NCBI RefSeq assembly: GCF_006345805.1
Contig: NC_043009.1
Location: forward strand, 42,966,001-43,030,000
DNA length: 64,000 nucleotides
From: Octopus sinensis
Taxonomy: Eukaryota
Direction: 5' to 3'
Part shown: positions 41,459 through 52,843 of the stretch, piece after piece
Layout of the letters: each line of letters starts with the position of its first letter
Position numbering within the stretch: position 1 is the first letter of the stretch
Program-made: the position numbers and the translations under genes
Notes under the pieces: generated by a model
What the model saw: only the letters and a program-made list of their open reading frames with translations
What the model was told of the DNA's origin: nothing
Databases searched by the model: none

Positions 41459-41914
41459 GATACATATGTTTATTTATATATTCATATTATGTATACATAT
41501 ACATACATATATATACGTATGTATATACGTATATGTATGCATGTATATATAAAATAGACATGCATATGCATATCTACATAATAGATATCTATAGACATAT
41601 ATCATATAGATAACTGTATGCACACTCATACAAACATACACACACACACATAGACATATATATGAATATGCTGATGTCCTGTGTTTTAAAGTGTGTATTT
41701 TTTATTAGTATAGTAAAAGAAAGTCCTCTAAAAACGACTGCTTTTATAAAACACTTTATAAAAATTAACAATAAATATACACACATGGGTGTTTATATAT
41801 ACATATCTATATCTATGTCTATCGATCTATATATCTATCTATCTATCTATATATATTATACATATATGTGTGTGTGTATAAATAAATATTTATGTATATG
41901 TGTACATGTATACA

Positions 41915-41958
<44 letters not shown>

Positions 41959-42112
41959 TATATGTTATTTAATCTATATATACACACATGCAAAAATCCA
42001 TATATGTGTGTCTATGTGTGTCCATGTACCTAACTAAATACAAATACACACCAACACCCATATGCGTATTTTTTCTACATATGCATAAATTGACATACAT
42101 GCATACAAACAA

Positions 42113-42165
<53 letters not shown>

Positions 42166-42544
42166 TAAGTGCCTATATATAATATATATATATATATATA
42201 TCCTGACTAATGTGTAATACAAAATGTATACATATACATTCACACAGTGCCAAAATTTATTATTGGTGACAAGAAGGAAAAAGAAATTCCAGTTTTCTGC
42301 TTTTGCTTTTCAAAAACACAAACATATGTACAAAAAAATTGATTTCTATTTCTTCATATTTTGAAATCTGTCCAGGAAAAATGATGACTGAATGTAATGT
42401 AATAAGGGCAGAGCTAGTTTTTCATGAGTCTTTTGTGTAGACTGTGTATATACATGTATATATTGTAAGTATATCTGCATATATATATATATTATATATA
42501 TATATAATATATATATATAATATATATATACTATATATATATAC

Positions 42545-42579
<35 letters not shown>

Positions 42580-42814
42580 TAAATATAGATATATACACAC
42601 ACACATGTATATAGCTAGCTAGCTAGAAGATAGATAGATGAAAACATCTCCATACACACATTGGCATAGTTGTGTGGATAGGAAGTTCACTTGTAACAAA
42701 CATGTGGTTTCAGGTTCAATTCCACTGTCACACACATATAGATATATATATATATAAATATATATATATGTGTGTATATATATACATATATATATTTATA
42801 TGTAGTATATATGT

Positions 42815-42856
<42 letters not shown>

Positions 42857-43109
42857 TATATATATATATATTATTATATATATATATAGATAGATAGATA
42901 GATACATATATATATTTATTAAGTTAGACATGGCCTGGGCCAATAATGGGCCGAAACCTATCAAAGTATCAAAGTATATATGATATATATATATCATCAT
43001 CATCATCATCATCATCATCGTTTAAACGTCCGTTTCATGCTAGCATGGTTGGACGGTTCGAACGGGGGATCTGGGAAGCCAGAAGGCTGCACCAGGCTCC
43101 AGTCTTATC

Positions 43110-43173
<64 letters not shown>

Positions 43174-43742
43174 TACATATACATATATATTACATATATA
43201 TATATAACACACACACAACAGTCTTCTTTTAGTTTCCATCTACCAAAATCACTCGCATGGATTTAATCGGCCTGAGGCTATAGTAGAAGACACTTGCCCA
43301 AGGTGTCACACAATGGGACTGAACCTGGAACCATGTGGTTGGTAAGCACACACCCACTCCTCTGCCTATATATGTGCCTGTATATATATTTTCTTTTATT
43401 CTTTTACTTGTTTCAGTCATTAGACTGTGACCATGCTGGAGTACCATTGACCCCAAGATTTTTTTCTTTTTAAGCTTAGTACTTATTCTGTTATTCCCTT
43501 TTGCTGAACCGCTAGGTTATGTGAACACACCAACAGCAGTTGTCAAGTGTTGATGGGGGGGACAAACACAGATGCAAAGTCACACACAGACACATACACG
43601 CACATATATATATGCATTTGTATATATACAGAGTGTCCATAAAGTCTCCTTACAATTTAAAAATTTGATTACAAAGGTAGTTGACAAGATATCTTAACCA
43701 GATTTGTTTTATTCTAATAATTGTTTATGAATTTTTTTTTTA

Positions 43743-44113
43743 GGCGCAGGAGTGGCTGTGTGGTAAGTAGCTTGCTTACCAACCACATGGTTCCGGGTTC
43801 ATTCCCACTGCGTGGCACCTTGGGCAAGACCAAAGCCTTGTGAGTGGATTTGGTAGACAGAAACTGGAAGAAGTCCGTCGTATATATGTAAATATATGAG
43901 TATGTATATGTTTTTGTGTCTGTGTTTGTCCTCCCACCATTGCTTGACAACCGATGGTAGTGTGTTTACGTCCCATAACTTAGCAGTTCAGCAAAAAAGA
44001 CTGATAGAATAAGTACTAGGCTTACAAAGAATAAGTCCTGGGGTCGATTTACTCAACTAGAAGGCGGTGCTCCAGCATGGCCGCAGTCAAATGACTGAAA
44101 CAAGTAAAAGAGT
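43743..44113 (+). mobile_element. SINE family A full copy inserted in the 3' UTR of the DD41D element
   Basis: Lies between the transposase stop and the left TIR; internal deletion after accttgggcaag. Confidence 0.9.
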
Positions 44114-44122
44114 AACTGTTAT

Positions 44123-45160
44123 TTAATAGACTTCAATATGGGCACCATTAGTTGCACGAAGCACATCAAGATGGTACTCGATTTCTTGCCATGTTCGCTG
44201 TAGGATAGCCTCATGAACGGTGGCAATGGCATTACGAATCCTTTGCTTCGAGTCAGCAATGTCCCGCATTTTTTGTTTGATACAAGATATCTTTTACATA
44301 ACCCCATAAAATGGAGTCCAAGGGAGTGATATCTGGTGAACATGGTGGCCATGGAATTGGCCCATCCTTTCCAATCAATCAGTCTAGAAATGTTTGATTG
44401 AGGAACTGACAAACATACTGTCCCCAATGTGGTGGTGCACCATCTTGCTGGAAAATGATGGCTGGTTGTAAATCAATCAGTTGTGGTGCCACATATTCGG
44501 TCAGAAGGTCATGGTTAACATCTGCGGTAATTGTTGCCTCAATGAAGAAAAATGGACCAATTATTCGAATGCACATGATTCCACACCACACATTCACTTT
44601 TGGACTATCCTGTTGAAGCACCCTAGTCACATGTGGGTGTTCTGATCCCCAGATTCTCCTATTGTGTCTGTTTAATTTCCCTGAAACATGAAAAGTCACC
44701 TCATCACTAAAAAAACTCGCTTGAGGAATGCTTCATCCTCAGAAATGCGTTCCAGCATATTGAGTGCAAACTCTTTTCGTTTTGGCTTGTCCTTTGGCTC
44801 AAGTGCCTGTAACAGTTGCACTTTATAAGTGTACAACCGTAAGTTCTTGTGGAGGACCTTGTGAACTGTTGAACGTGGTAGTTGCAACTGTCTGGCAGCA
44901 GTGCGGATGGATTTTGTTGGAGAACGGGCAAAGGCTTTTGAAACATGATCCATGCTTTCATCAGATGTTCCTGGTCACCCACTCCTCCCTTTATCCAACA
45001 CTGTCCCTGTCTCCATAAATTTCTTGTGCCATGCACAAATTGAAGGACGTGATAGTGGATCTTTTCTATATGTAGTTCTGTAGTTTTGTTGTATCTGGAC
45101 ATCTGATTTTGTCTCAATAAACCAAGATAAACATTGTGCCTTTTCATGAAGAGTAGCCAT
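44123..45160 (-). pseudogene. DD41D transposase pseudogene
   Basis: FSDE...FQQDGAPPH...WPPCSPDITPLD; I count 41 residues between the QD and the final D; ends NGAHIEVY*; TGA stops and frameshifts. Confidence 0.92.
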
Positions 45161-45349
45161 TTTATAGGGGTTCAGTGAATCAGTTCCCTTCCATGAACAG
45201 AGTATTTGAAACACAAAAATTTAATATCAATAAAAACTTTAATAAACAATTATTGAAATAAAATAAATCTGGTTAAAACATCTCATCAACTGCCTTTGTA
45301 ATAATTTTTTTTTAATTGTAGAGAGACTTTATGGACCCTCTGTATATTT

Positions 45350-46431
45350 ATATATTTGTCTTGCAAGTATTTGGTGACCCTGTCAGTGCAAGTGCCACTT
45401 AGAAAACACCGAATCTACATTGTAAAGTGGTTGCTGTTAGGAAGGGTATCAAACTGTAAAAATCTTACCAAAACAGTCATCATCATCATCATCATTGTTC
45501 GACCGTGGTCGAGACAATGGAATTTACCATGTTGCGCCAGACTTCACGGTCCATCATAGCATTACGGAGGTCCTGTTGCTGGATGCCTGTATCCCTGGAG
45601 ATTACATCAGGGTAGGAGAGTGTGCGCCCTCTGGTGTTGCGAGTAGATGGCTTCCAGAGAAGAGTAGAAATTACTTCTTTTTCAGCTCTACAACAATGTC
45701 CAGCAAACTGGACTCTCCTACCTTCACAAGAGTTGACACAGGTGGTAATTTCCCATATATTTGCATTTTAGTTGGATGGCGCCTCCACGAGAGATTTTGA
45801 GCTCTCATAAGGAGGCGAGTGTAGGTTTCCATCCAACCGCCTCTCAAGCTTCTTTGATAACGTCCAGGTTTCTGAGCCATATAGTAGGATTGGTTCGACT
45901 GTGGCTTTGAATATTTCAAGTTTGAAGTCTCTACTTAGATTTGATGACCAGATCTTATGCATGTCATTACAGGCTGACCAGGCCATACCCTTTCTAGTTA
46001 GAAAGTCTTTTCCAGATGATGATATGTATGACCCAAGATATTTATAATCAGAAACCATATTTAAAGGTGCACTGTTGAGAGTGGGATGATGCAATCACTG
46101 TTGGACAGGCACTTGTTTATGTATTCAGTCTTGGCCTCATTGAGTATAGACCTACACAATTTGAGGCTTGTTCAAGAGATTGTAAAAGAGACTGGGCATT
46201 GGAGAGAGAATCACTGATAAGAGCGATGTCGTCAGCAAAGTCAGTGTCTGTCAAGTACTCAGCTGGGTGTCTGGAACTTCTTCTTGGTTTTATTTCAAAG
46301 CCCTTGCCAGAGATGGTATCAACCGAAACAGTCACCGAAGTGTGGTGCAGGCTTCAGTCTTGCCAGCTCTTGTGGAACCATCCTGCCCATTCTAGCATAG
46401 AAGACAGACGTTAAACGATGATGATGATGAT
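45350..46431 (+). mobile_element. SINE family D copy split by an RTE LINE insertion
   Basis: 5' part tgtaaagtggttgctgttaggaaggg...aatcttaccaaaacagtca resumes at accgaaacagtcaccgaag and ends gacgttaaacgatgatgatgat. Confidence 0.8.
45480..46321 (-). mobile_element. 5'-truncated RTE-clade LINE with (TGA)n tail and 13-bp TSD
   Basis: DFADDIAL (RT motif), YKYLGS, ILLYGSETW, FAGHC; tail (cat)n at 45480-95; TSD accaaaacagtca 45467-79 / accgaaacagtca 46322-34. Confidence 0.92.
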
Positions 46432-46858
46432 CATCGTTTAACGTCTGCTTTCCATGCTAGCATGGGTTGGACAGTTCAACTGGGATCTGGGAAGCCCGAA
46501 GGCTGCACCAGGCCAGTCAGATCTGGCAGTCTTTCTACAGCTGGATGCCCTTCCTAATGCCAACCACTCCGTGAGTGTAGCTGATGACTATGATATATCG
46601 TCATCGTATAACAGGCTTCTTTCAGTTTCCGTCGACCAAATCCACTCACAAGGCTTTGGTCAGCCTGAATCTATAGTCGAATCTATAGTCGAAGATACTT
46701 GCCCAAAGTGCTATGCAGTGAGACTGAACCCAGAACGAAGTAGTTGGGAAGCAAGCTTCTTACCACACAGCCACACTTGCACCTATATATGTCCTTAGAT
46801 GCTCATCGTACACTTATCTATACACACACACACATATATTATATATATATATATATAT

Positions 46859-47088
46859 TCCAGCTGTAGAAAGACTGCCAGATCTGACTGGCCTGGTGCA
46901 GCCTTCGGGCTTCCCAGATCCCAGTTGAACTGTCCAACCCATGCTAGCATGGAAAGCAGACGTTAAACGATGATCATCATCATCATCGTTTAACGTCTGT
47001 CTTCTATGCTAGAATGGGCAGGATGGTTCCACAAGAGCTGGCAAGACTGAAGCCTGCACCACACTTCGGTGACTGTTTCGGTAAGATT
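46859..47088 (-). repeat. Perfect inverted copy of 46322-46545 embedded in (TA)n
   Basis: 224 bp identical in reverse complement, plus 6 nt (aagatt) matching the far side of the LINE; (TA)n on both flanks. Confidence 0.95.
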
Positions 47089-47190
47089 ATATATATATAT
47101 ATATATATATATATGAACAAAATGGTCTGAGTCTGCATGTTTCTAGGAGTAGCTTTTACCCAGCACATTCTACAAACCATTTTTCACATA

Positions 47191-47840
47191 TCTATATATA
47201 TAAAACTGTAGTTGTGTGAGTGTCTGTCCCCTTCGATTTAGATTCCTAACTACTCCCACATTTTGCGGTGCAGTTTAACCAAATTCGGGTATCTTATAGT
47301 CGTGATTCATATCGAGCCCGTCTGGGTATTAGCGTGCGTCTACAATCAGTCTACGATTTAAAAAATAATTTACCATCATTTTTTATTCCATTTTAATGCA
47401 TAATTTTTCATGTGTCGATGGCGGTGGAGTTGGCGTCCATGCTCAAACACCTGCACCTGTGTTTGCTTCTCCCCCTTCTTCCCTCACTCGTGAAGCTGTG
47501 GGGAAGGGAGTTTAAGGAAATCAACGTCGTAATGCGTTGTCAAGGAGACCAGCGTTCTTTTAGAACAACGACTTTTTCTTGAAGACACCAAAACAGAAAT
47601 GGCTAAGAAAGCGTCTACGATGAGTCTACGATTTAAAAAAAAATTTACCATCATTTTTTCCATTTGAATGCATTTTTTCGCTATTATATAAGGGAAGTAA
47701 CTCTCTAAAAATGTCTACGATGAGTCAACGATTTAAAAAAAAATTACCATCATTTTTTATTCCATTTTTAATGCATTTTTTTGCTATAACTCTCTAAAAA
47801 TGCTTATATAGTTATTTCCTTTACAACCCGATACTGCTAG
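47191..47840 (+). mobile_element. Non-autonomous Helitron
   Basis: A|TCTATATATATAAAA 5' end; CTAG|T 3' end; no TSD; three internal direct repeats (47349, 47624, 47724). Confidence 0.72.
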
Positions 47841-47978
47841 TTTTTTATATTTCTTTCTGATGGTGATCTTCTCCATATATGGGATCCATTCCAGAAGTTT
47901 TGAGAGTTTTTCAGGAGAGACAATTCTTTAATTTCATAATTTCAAAGAAGTACAAAACACTAGTCTCCTTCATAGTAG

Positions 47979-47982
<4 letters not shown>

Positions 47983-48043
<61 letters not shown>

Positions 48044-48828
48044 CTTTCCCTCTCTCTCTCTCTCAGTGCACTTTTAATTTTTTTTCTTTATTACTTTCAC
48101 CGTCTTCCATTTACGCATTCCCTCACACACACACATTCTCTAAGAATCTTCCTAATCTCTCACTATCTTTTCCTCTTTCTCTGTCACTCTCATTCTCACT
48201 CTCTCTCTCTTCCCGTTTCCCTCTCTCTCTTCTCCTTCCTCTCTTTCTCTCTCTCTCTATCTCTCCCCTCTTCTCATGCCCTGCTCTCCTCTCTTCCGTC
48301 TCTCCACCCTTTCTCTTTTCTCTTCTCTCCACCTCCCTTTCTTTCTCTCATTTCATCTTTCCCTTCCATCACACTCCTCTCTACTCTTCTTTTCTTCTTC
48401 CTCCTCTCTTCTCTCCTCTACCTCCCCCCCCGCCCTGCCTCCATGAGTTTCTGTTTCCTTCCATTCTTGTCATCATGTCATCATTTCTGCAGTCTTTTGA
48501 CAACTCACCCCTCACACACTCTCTCCCACATGCTCACTCCCCCCTCTCTCTTCCCATCATTCCCTCTTTCCTTTCACGTTACTTTTCTGTCTTTGTCCCC
48601 ATGTAATCCTTCCTCCTGCCATCCTTTGCCACTAGCACCACCCTCTCTTTCAGCTCTCTCCTATCACCCTCTCACCCTTTCACTTCTCTCTCTTTCTTTC
48701 TTTCTTTCTCTCTCTCTCTCTTACACTTTCTCTCTCTCTACCTTTTTCTCTCCCTCTCACTTTCTCTCACTTTTTCTCTCTCTCTTTCTTTGTCTCTCTC
48801 ACTTTCTCTCTCTCACTTTCTTTCACTT

Positions 48829-48863
<35 letters not shown>

Positions 48864-49030
48864 TCTCTCCCACTTTCTCTCTCTCCTGCTTTTTCTTTCC
48901 CCCCTCTCTCCCTCCATCTCTCTCTTCATTCTCCTACACTTTCTCTCTCTCCCCTCTTTCTCTTCCCTTCTCTCTCCCCCTCCATCTCTCTCTCTCTCCC
49001 TCTCTGTCTCTCTTCATTCTCCTACATTCT
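47983..49030 (+). repeat. ~1-kb pyrimidine-rich (CT) tract
   Basis: Direct reading; the 435-aa ORF is a poly-S/L artefact. Confidence 0.93.
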
Positions 49031-49119
49031 CCCATTTTTGAATTGTTGCCCTCTTTTGTAACCGAAACAACAGGAGACATATGCATATGCATATGTATGT
49101 GCATATGCATGCATGTGTG

Positions 49120-49474
49120 TGTATGTATGTATGTATGTATGTATGTATGTATGTATGTATGTATGTATGTATGTATGTTTGTGTAATGTATGTATGTATG
49201 TATGTATGTGGTATGTATGTATGTATGTATGTATGTATTATGTATGTATGTATGTATGTATGTGTGGTGTGTATGTATGTATGTATGTATGATGTATGTA
49301 TGTATGTTGTTGTATGTATGCATGCATGTATGTTATGTTATGTATGTATGTATGTATGTATGTATGTATGCATGTATGTATGCATGTATGTATGTGTGTA
49401 TTTATGTATGTATGTATGTATGCATGTATGTATGTATGTATGTATGTATGTATGTATGTATGTATGTATGTATG

Positions 49475-49505
<31 letters not shown>

Positions 49506-50503
49506 TGTATGTATGTATGTATGTATGTTGTATGTATGTATGTATGTATGTATGTATGTATGTATGTATGTATGTATGTATGTATGTATAGTATGTAGTA
49601 TGTATGTATGTATGTATGTATGTATGTATGTATGTATGTAGTATGTATGTATGTATGTATGTATGTATGTATGTATGTATGTATGTATGTATGTATGTAT
49701 GTATGCATGCATGCATGCATGTATGTAATGTATGTATGTATGTATGTATGTATGTATGCATGCATGCATGCATGCATGCATGCATTATGTATGTATGCAT
49801 GCATGCATGCATGCATGCATGTATGTATGTATGTATGTATGTATGTATGTATGTATGTATGTATGTATGCATGTATGTATGCATGTATGCATGCATGTAT
49901 GTATGTATGTATGCATGTATGCATGTATGTATGTATGTATGTATGTATGTATGCATGTATGCATGTATGTATGTATGTATGTATGTATGTATGTATGTAT
50001 GTATGTATGTATGCATGTATGCATGTATGTATGTATGTATGTATGTATGTATGCATGTATGTATATATATGTATGCATGCATGCATGCATGCATGCATGT
50101 ATGTATGTATGTATGTATGTATGCATGTATGCATGTATGTATGTATGTATGTATGTATGTATGCATGTATGCATGTATGTATGTATGTATGTATGTATGT
50201 ATGCATGTATGCATGTATGTATGTATGTATGTATGTATGTATGTATGCATGTATGTATGTATGTATGTATGTATGCATGTATGTATGCATGTATGCATGC
50301 ATGTATGTATGTATGTATGTATGTATGTATGTATGTATGTATGTATGCATGTATGTATGCATGTATGCATGCATGTATGTATGTATGTATGTATGTATGT
50401 ATGCATGTATGCATGTATGCATGTATGTATGTGTGTATGTATGTGTGTATGTATGTATGTATGTATGCATGTATGTATGTGTGTATGTATGTATGTATGT
50501 ATG

Positions 50504-50537
<34 letters not shown>

Positions 50538-50579
50538 TGCATGTATGTATGCATGCATATATGTATGTATGTATGTATG

Positions 50580-50611
<32 letters not shown>

Positions 50612-50735
50612 CATGTATGTATGCATGTATGTATGTGTGTATGTATGTATGTATGTATGTATGCATGCATGTATGTATGTATGTATGTATGTATATATGT
50701 ATGCATGTATGCATGTATGCATGTATGTATGTATG

Positions 50736-50769
<34 letters not shown>

Positions 50770-50958
50770 TGTATGCATGTATGTATGTGTGTATGTATGT
50801 ATGTATGTATATATATGTATGTAGTATGTATGTATGTAGTATGTATGTATGTATGTATGTATGTATGTATGCATGTATGTATGCATGCATGTATGTATGT
50901 ATGTATGTATGCATGTATGTATGTATGTATGTATGTATGTATGTATGTATGTATGTAT
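49120..50958 (+). repeat. ~1.85-kb (ATGT)n array with interspersed ATGC units
   Basis: Direct reading; source of the 400-580 aa MYVC/HTYI ORFs. Confidence 0.97.
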
Positions 50959-51280
50959 ATGGATATATATATGTGTGTGACATTAGCCATTAAGTTTACA
51001 CCTTTGTTATTTCAGATTGTAATCTGAAAGCAATAATAACGAAGAAGAAATAAGATGACAGGTGAGATGACAGCAGGTGAGACGTCAAACCATACCTGAA
51101 TGGTCCTCGTTTCTTCCCCCCCCCCCAGTTCTGTTCTCCAAAGGTGCTGCTGCTTAAAAAAAAATTCTTACAGACTGCTCCATTGCCAGAATCTTCAACT
51201 TCAATTTCCTGCCTTTGAAATAGAATTCTTGATTAAATAAAGTCAAATGATTTATAGCTATACACGCACACTCACACACA

Positions 51281-51321
<41 letters not shown>

Positions 51322-51519
51322 AAACACACACACACACACACCACAACACACACACACACACACACACACACGTACCACAAACAAACATTTACGTGCCTAG
51401 ATGATGCATACATGCTTAAATTCATAGACATAGGTGTGTGTGTGTGTGTGTGTCTGTCTGTCTGTCTATCTGTCTGTGTGTCTGTCATAAATACATATCC
51501 TAATTTGTTTTTTATTCTA

Positions 51520-51757
51520 TTTTCCTTGTTTCAGTCATTTGATTGTGGCCATGCTGGAGCATGATATTGAAGTGTTTTTTGCTGAACAGTTCAACCCCGG
51601 GACGTATTTTTAAGCCTAGTACTTATTCCATTGCTATCTTTGCTGAACTACTAAGTTACAGGGATGTAAACACACCAACACCGGTTGTCAAGTGGTGATA
51701 GGGGACAAACACAGACACAAAAACACATACATATACACACACACATATGTATGTATG

Positions 51758-51796
<39 letters not shown>

Positions 51797-51956
51797 CAGG
51801 CTTCTTTCAGTTTCCATCAGCGAAATCCACTCACAAGGCTTTAGTCAGCCCAAGGCTATAGTAGAAGACACTTGCCCAAGGTGCGATGTAATGGGACTGA
51901 ACCCAGAAACACATGGTTGGGAAGCAATCTTCTTACCACACAACCACATCTGCACC
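51520..51956 (-). mobile_element. SINE family A full copy
   Basis: Homology to the other SINE-A copies. Confidence 0.85.
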
Positions 51957-52102
51957 CATGTATATATATAATATATTTGCATGCATCTGTATTAAATATA
52001 TATACGTATACACATGTATACATATCCATGTATCTGCATATGTATTTACATATTTATGTATAGACATGTGTGCATGTGTTCATCTGTGTGTGTGCACTGT
52101 GT

Positions 52103-52154
<52 letters not shown>

Positions 52155-52367
52155 CATGTGTGTGTGTGTGTGTATGCCTGCAGTCTTTGAGCCCATCAGA
52201 TCCTGATAAACTATCCAAACAAATGCTTACCTGGAATATGGATGGTAAATAACAATAATGATAATATACGTGACAACATATTATTCTACCTTTGGTATTC
52301 GAGTAGTATTTTGTTCCACCTTGTTTCACATTTATGTGCTTACTTGCATATATACATACATACATAC

Positions 52368-52370
<3 letters not shown>

Positions 52371-52418
<48 letters not shown>
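52371..52418 (+). repeat. (GATA)12 abutting the Tx1 3' end
   Basis: Direct reading; preceded by (CATA)n. Confidence 0.97.
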
Positions 52419-52424
52419 TGTTTC

Positions 52425-52430
52425 TTTATT
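52425..52430 (-). promoter_or_regulatory. AATAAA polyadenylation signal at the Tx1 3' terminus
   Basis: tttatt on the plus strand, 6 nt from the junction with (TATC)n. Confidence 0.6.
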
Positions 52431-52843
52431 AGCCACACAGGGCTGCACACAGATAGAACAAATTACAAGGTAGAGCTTTTCTTTTGAAGGTTTAAAAAAT
52501 AAAAAAATAAAAAAATAAAAAAATAAAAAAATAAGAAAAAAATAAAATAAAATAAAAATAAAATAAAAAAGGGGGGGTCGATCAAAAGGGATCGTAAAAG
52601 GAGAGAAAGAGGACAAAAAAAAAAAGGGGGGGTTAAAAAAAAAGGGGGAGAGGAAAAAATTGATCAATAGGGATCGTTATCACAGAAATGTCAATATGAA
52701 GTGTAAAGGGGGACAGGTGAGGTTTACCCGTGGAAAGAAAAGCCTACGGAAAAGACCACGGTAACCTCGGTCAATGAAGTCACATGTTATATTCTTTTTT
52801 TTTTTTTTTTGCAAATAAGCAACTCTCGTATTAATTTTACGGT

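Larger units (their letters stand above)
43629..45342 (-). mobile_element. Tc1/mariner element, DD41D (rosa/VS-type), with nested SINE
   Basis: TIRs cagag(t/g)gtccataaagtctc..tacaatt; TA at 43627-8 and 45343-4; internal transposase. Confidence 0.93.

Noticed and set aside
47879-49186. 435-aa Ser/Leu-rich ORF
   Set aside because: Translation of the CT tract.
49081-51027. ORFs of 400-580 aa on both strands
   Set aside because: Translations of (ATGT)n, which has no stop in any frame; not genes.
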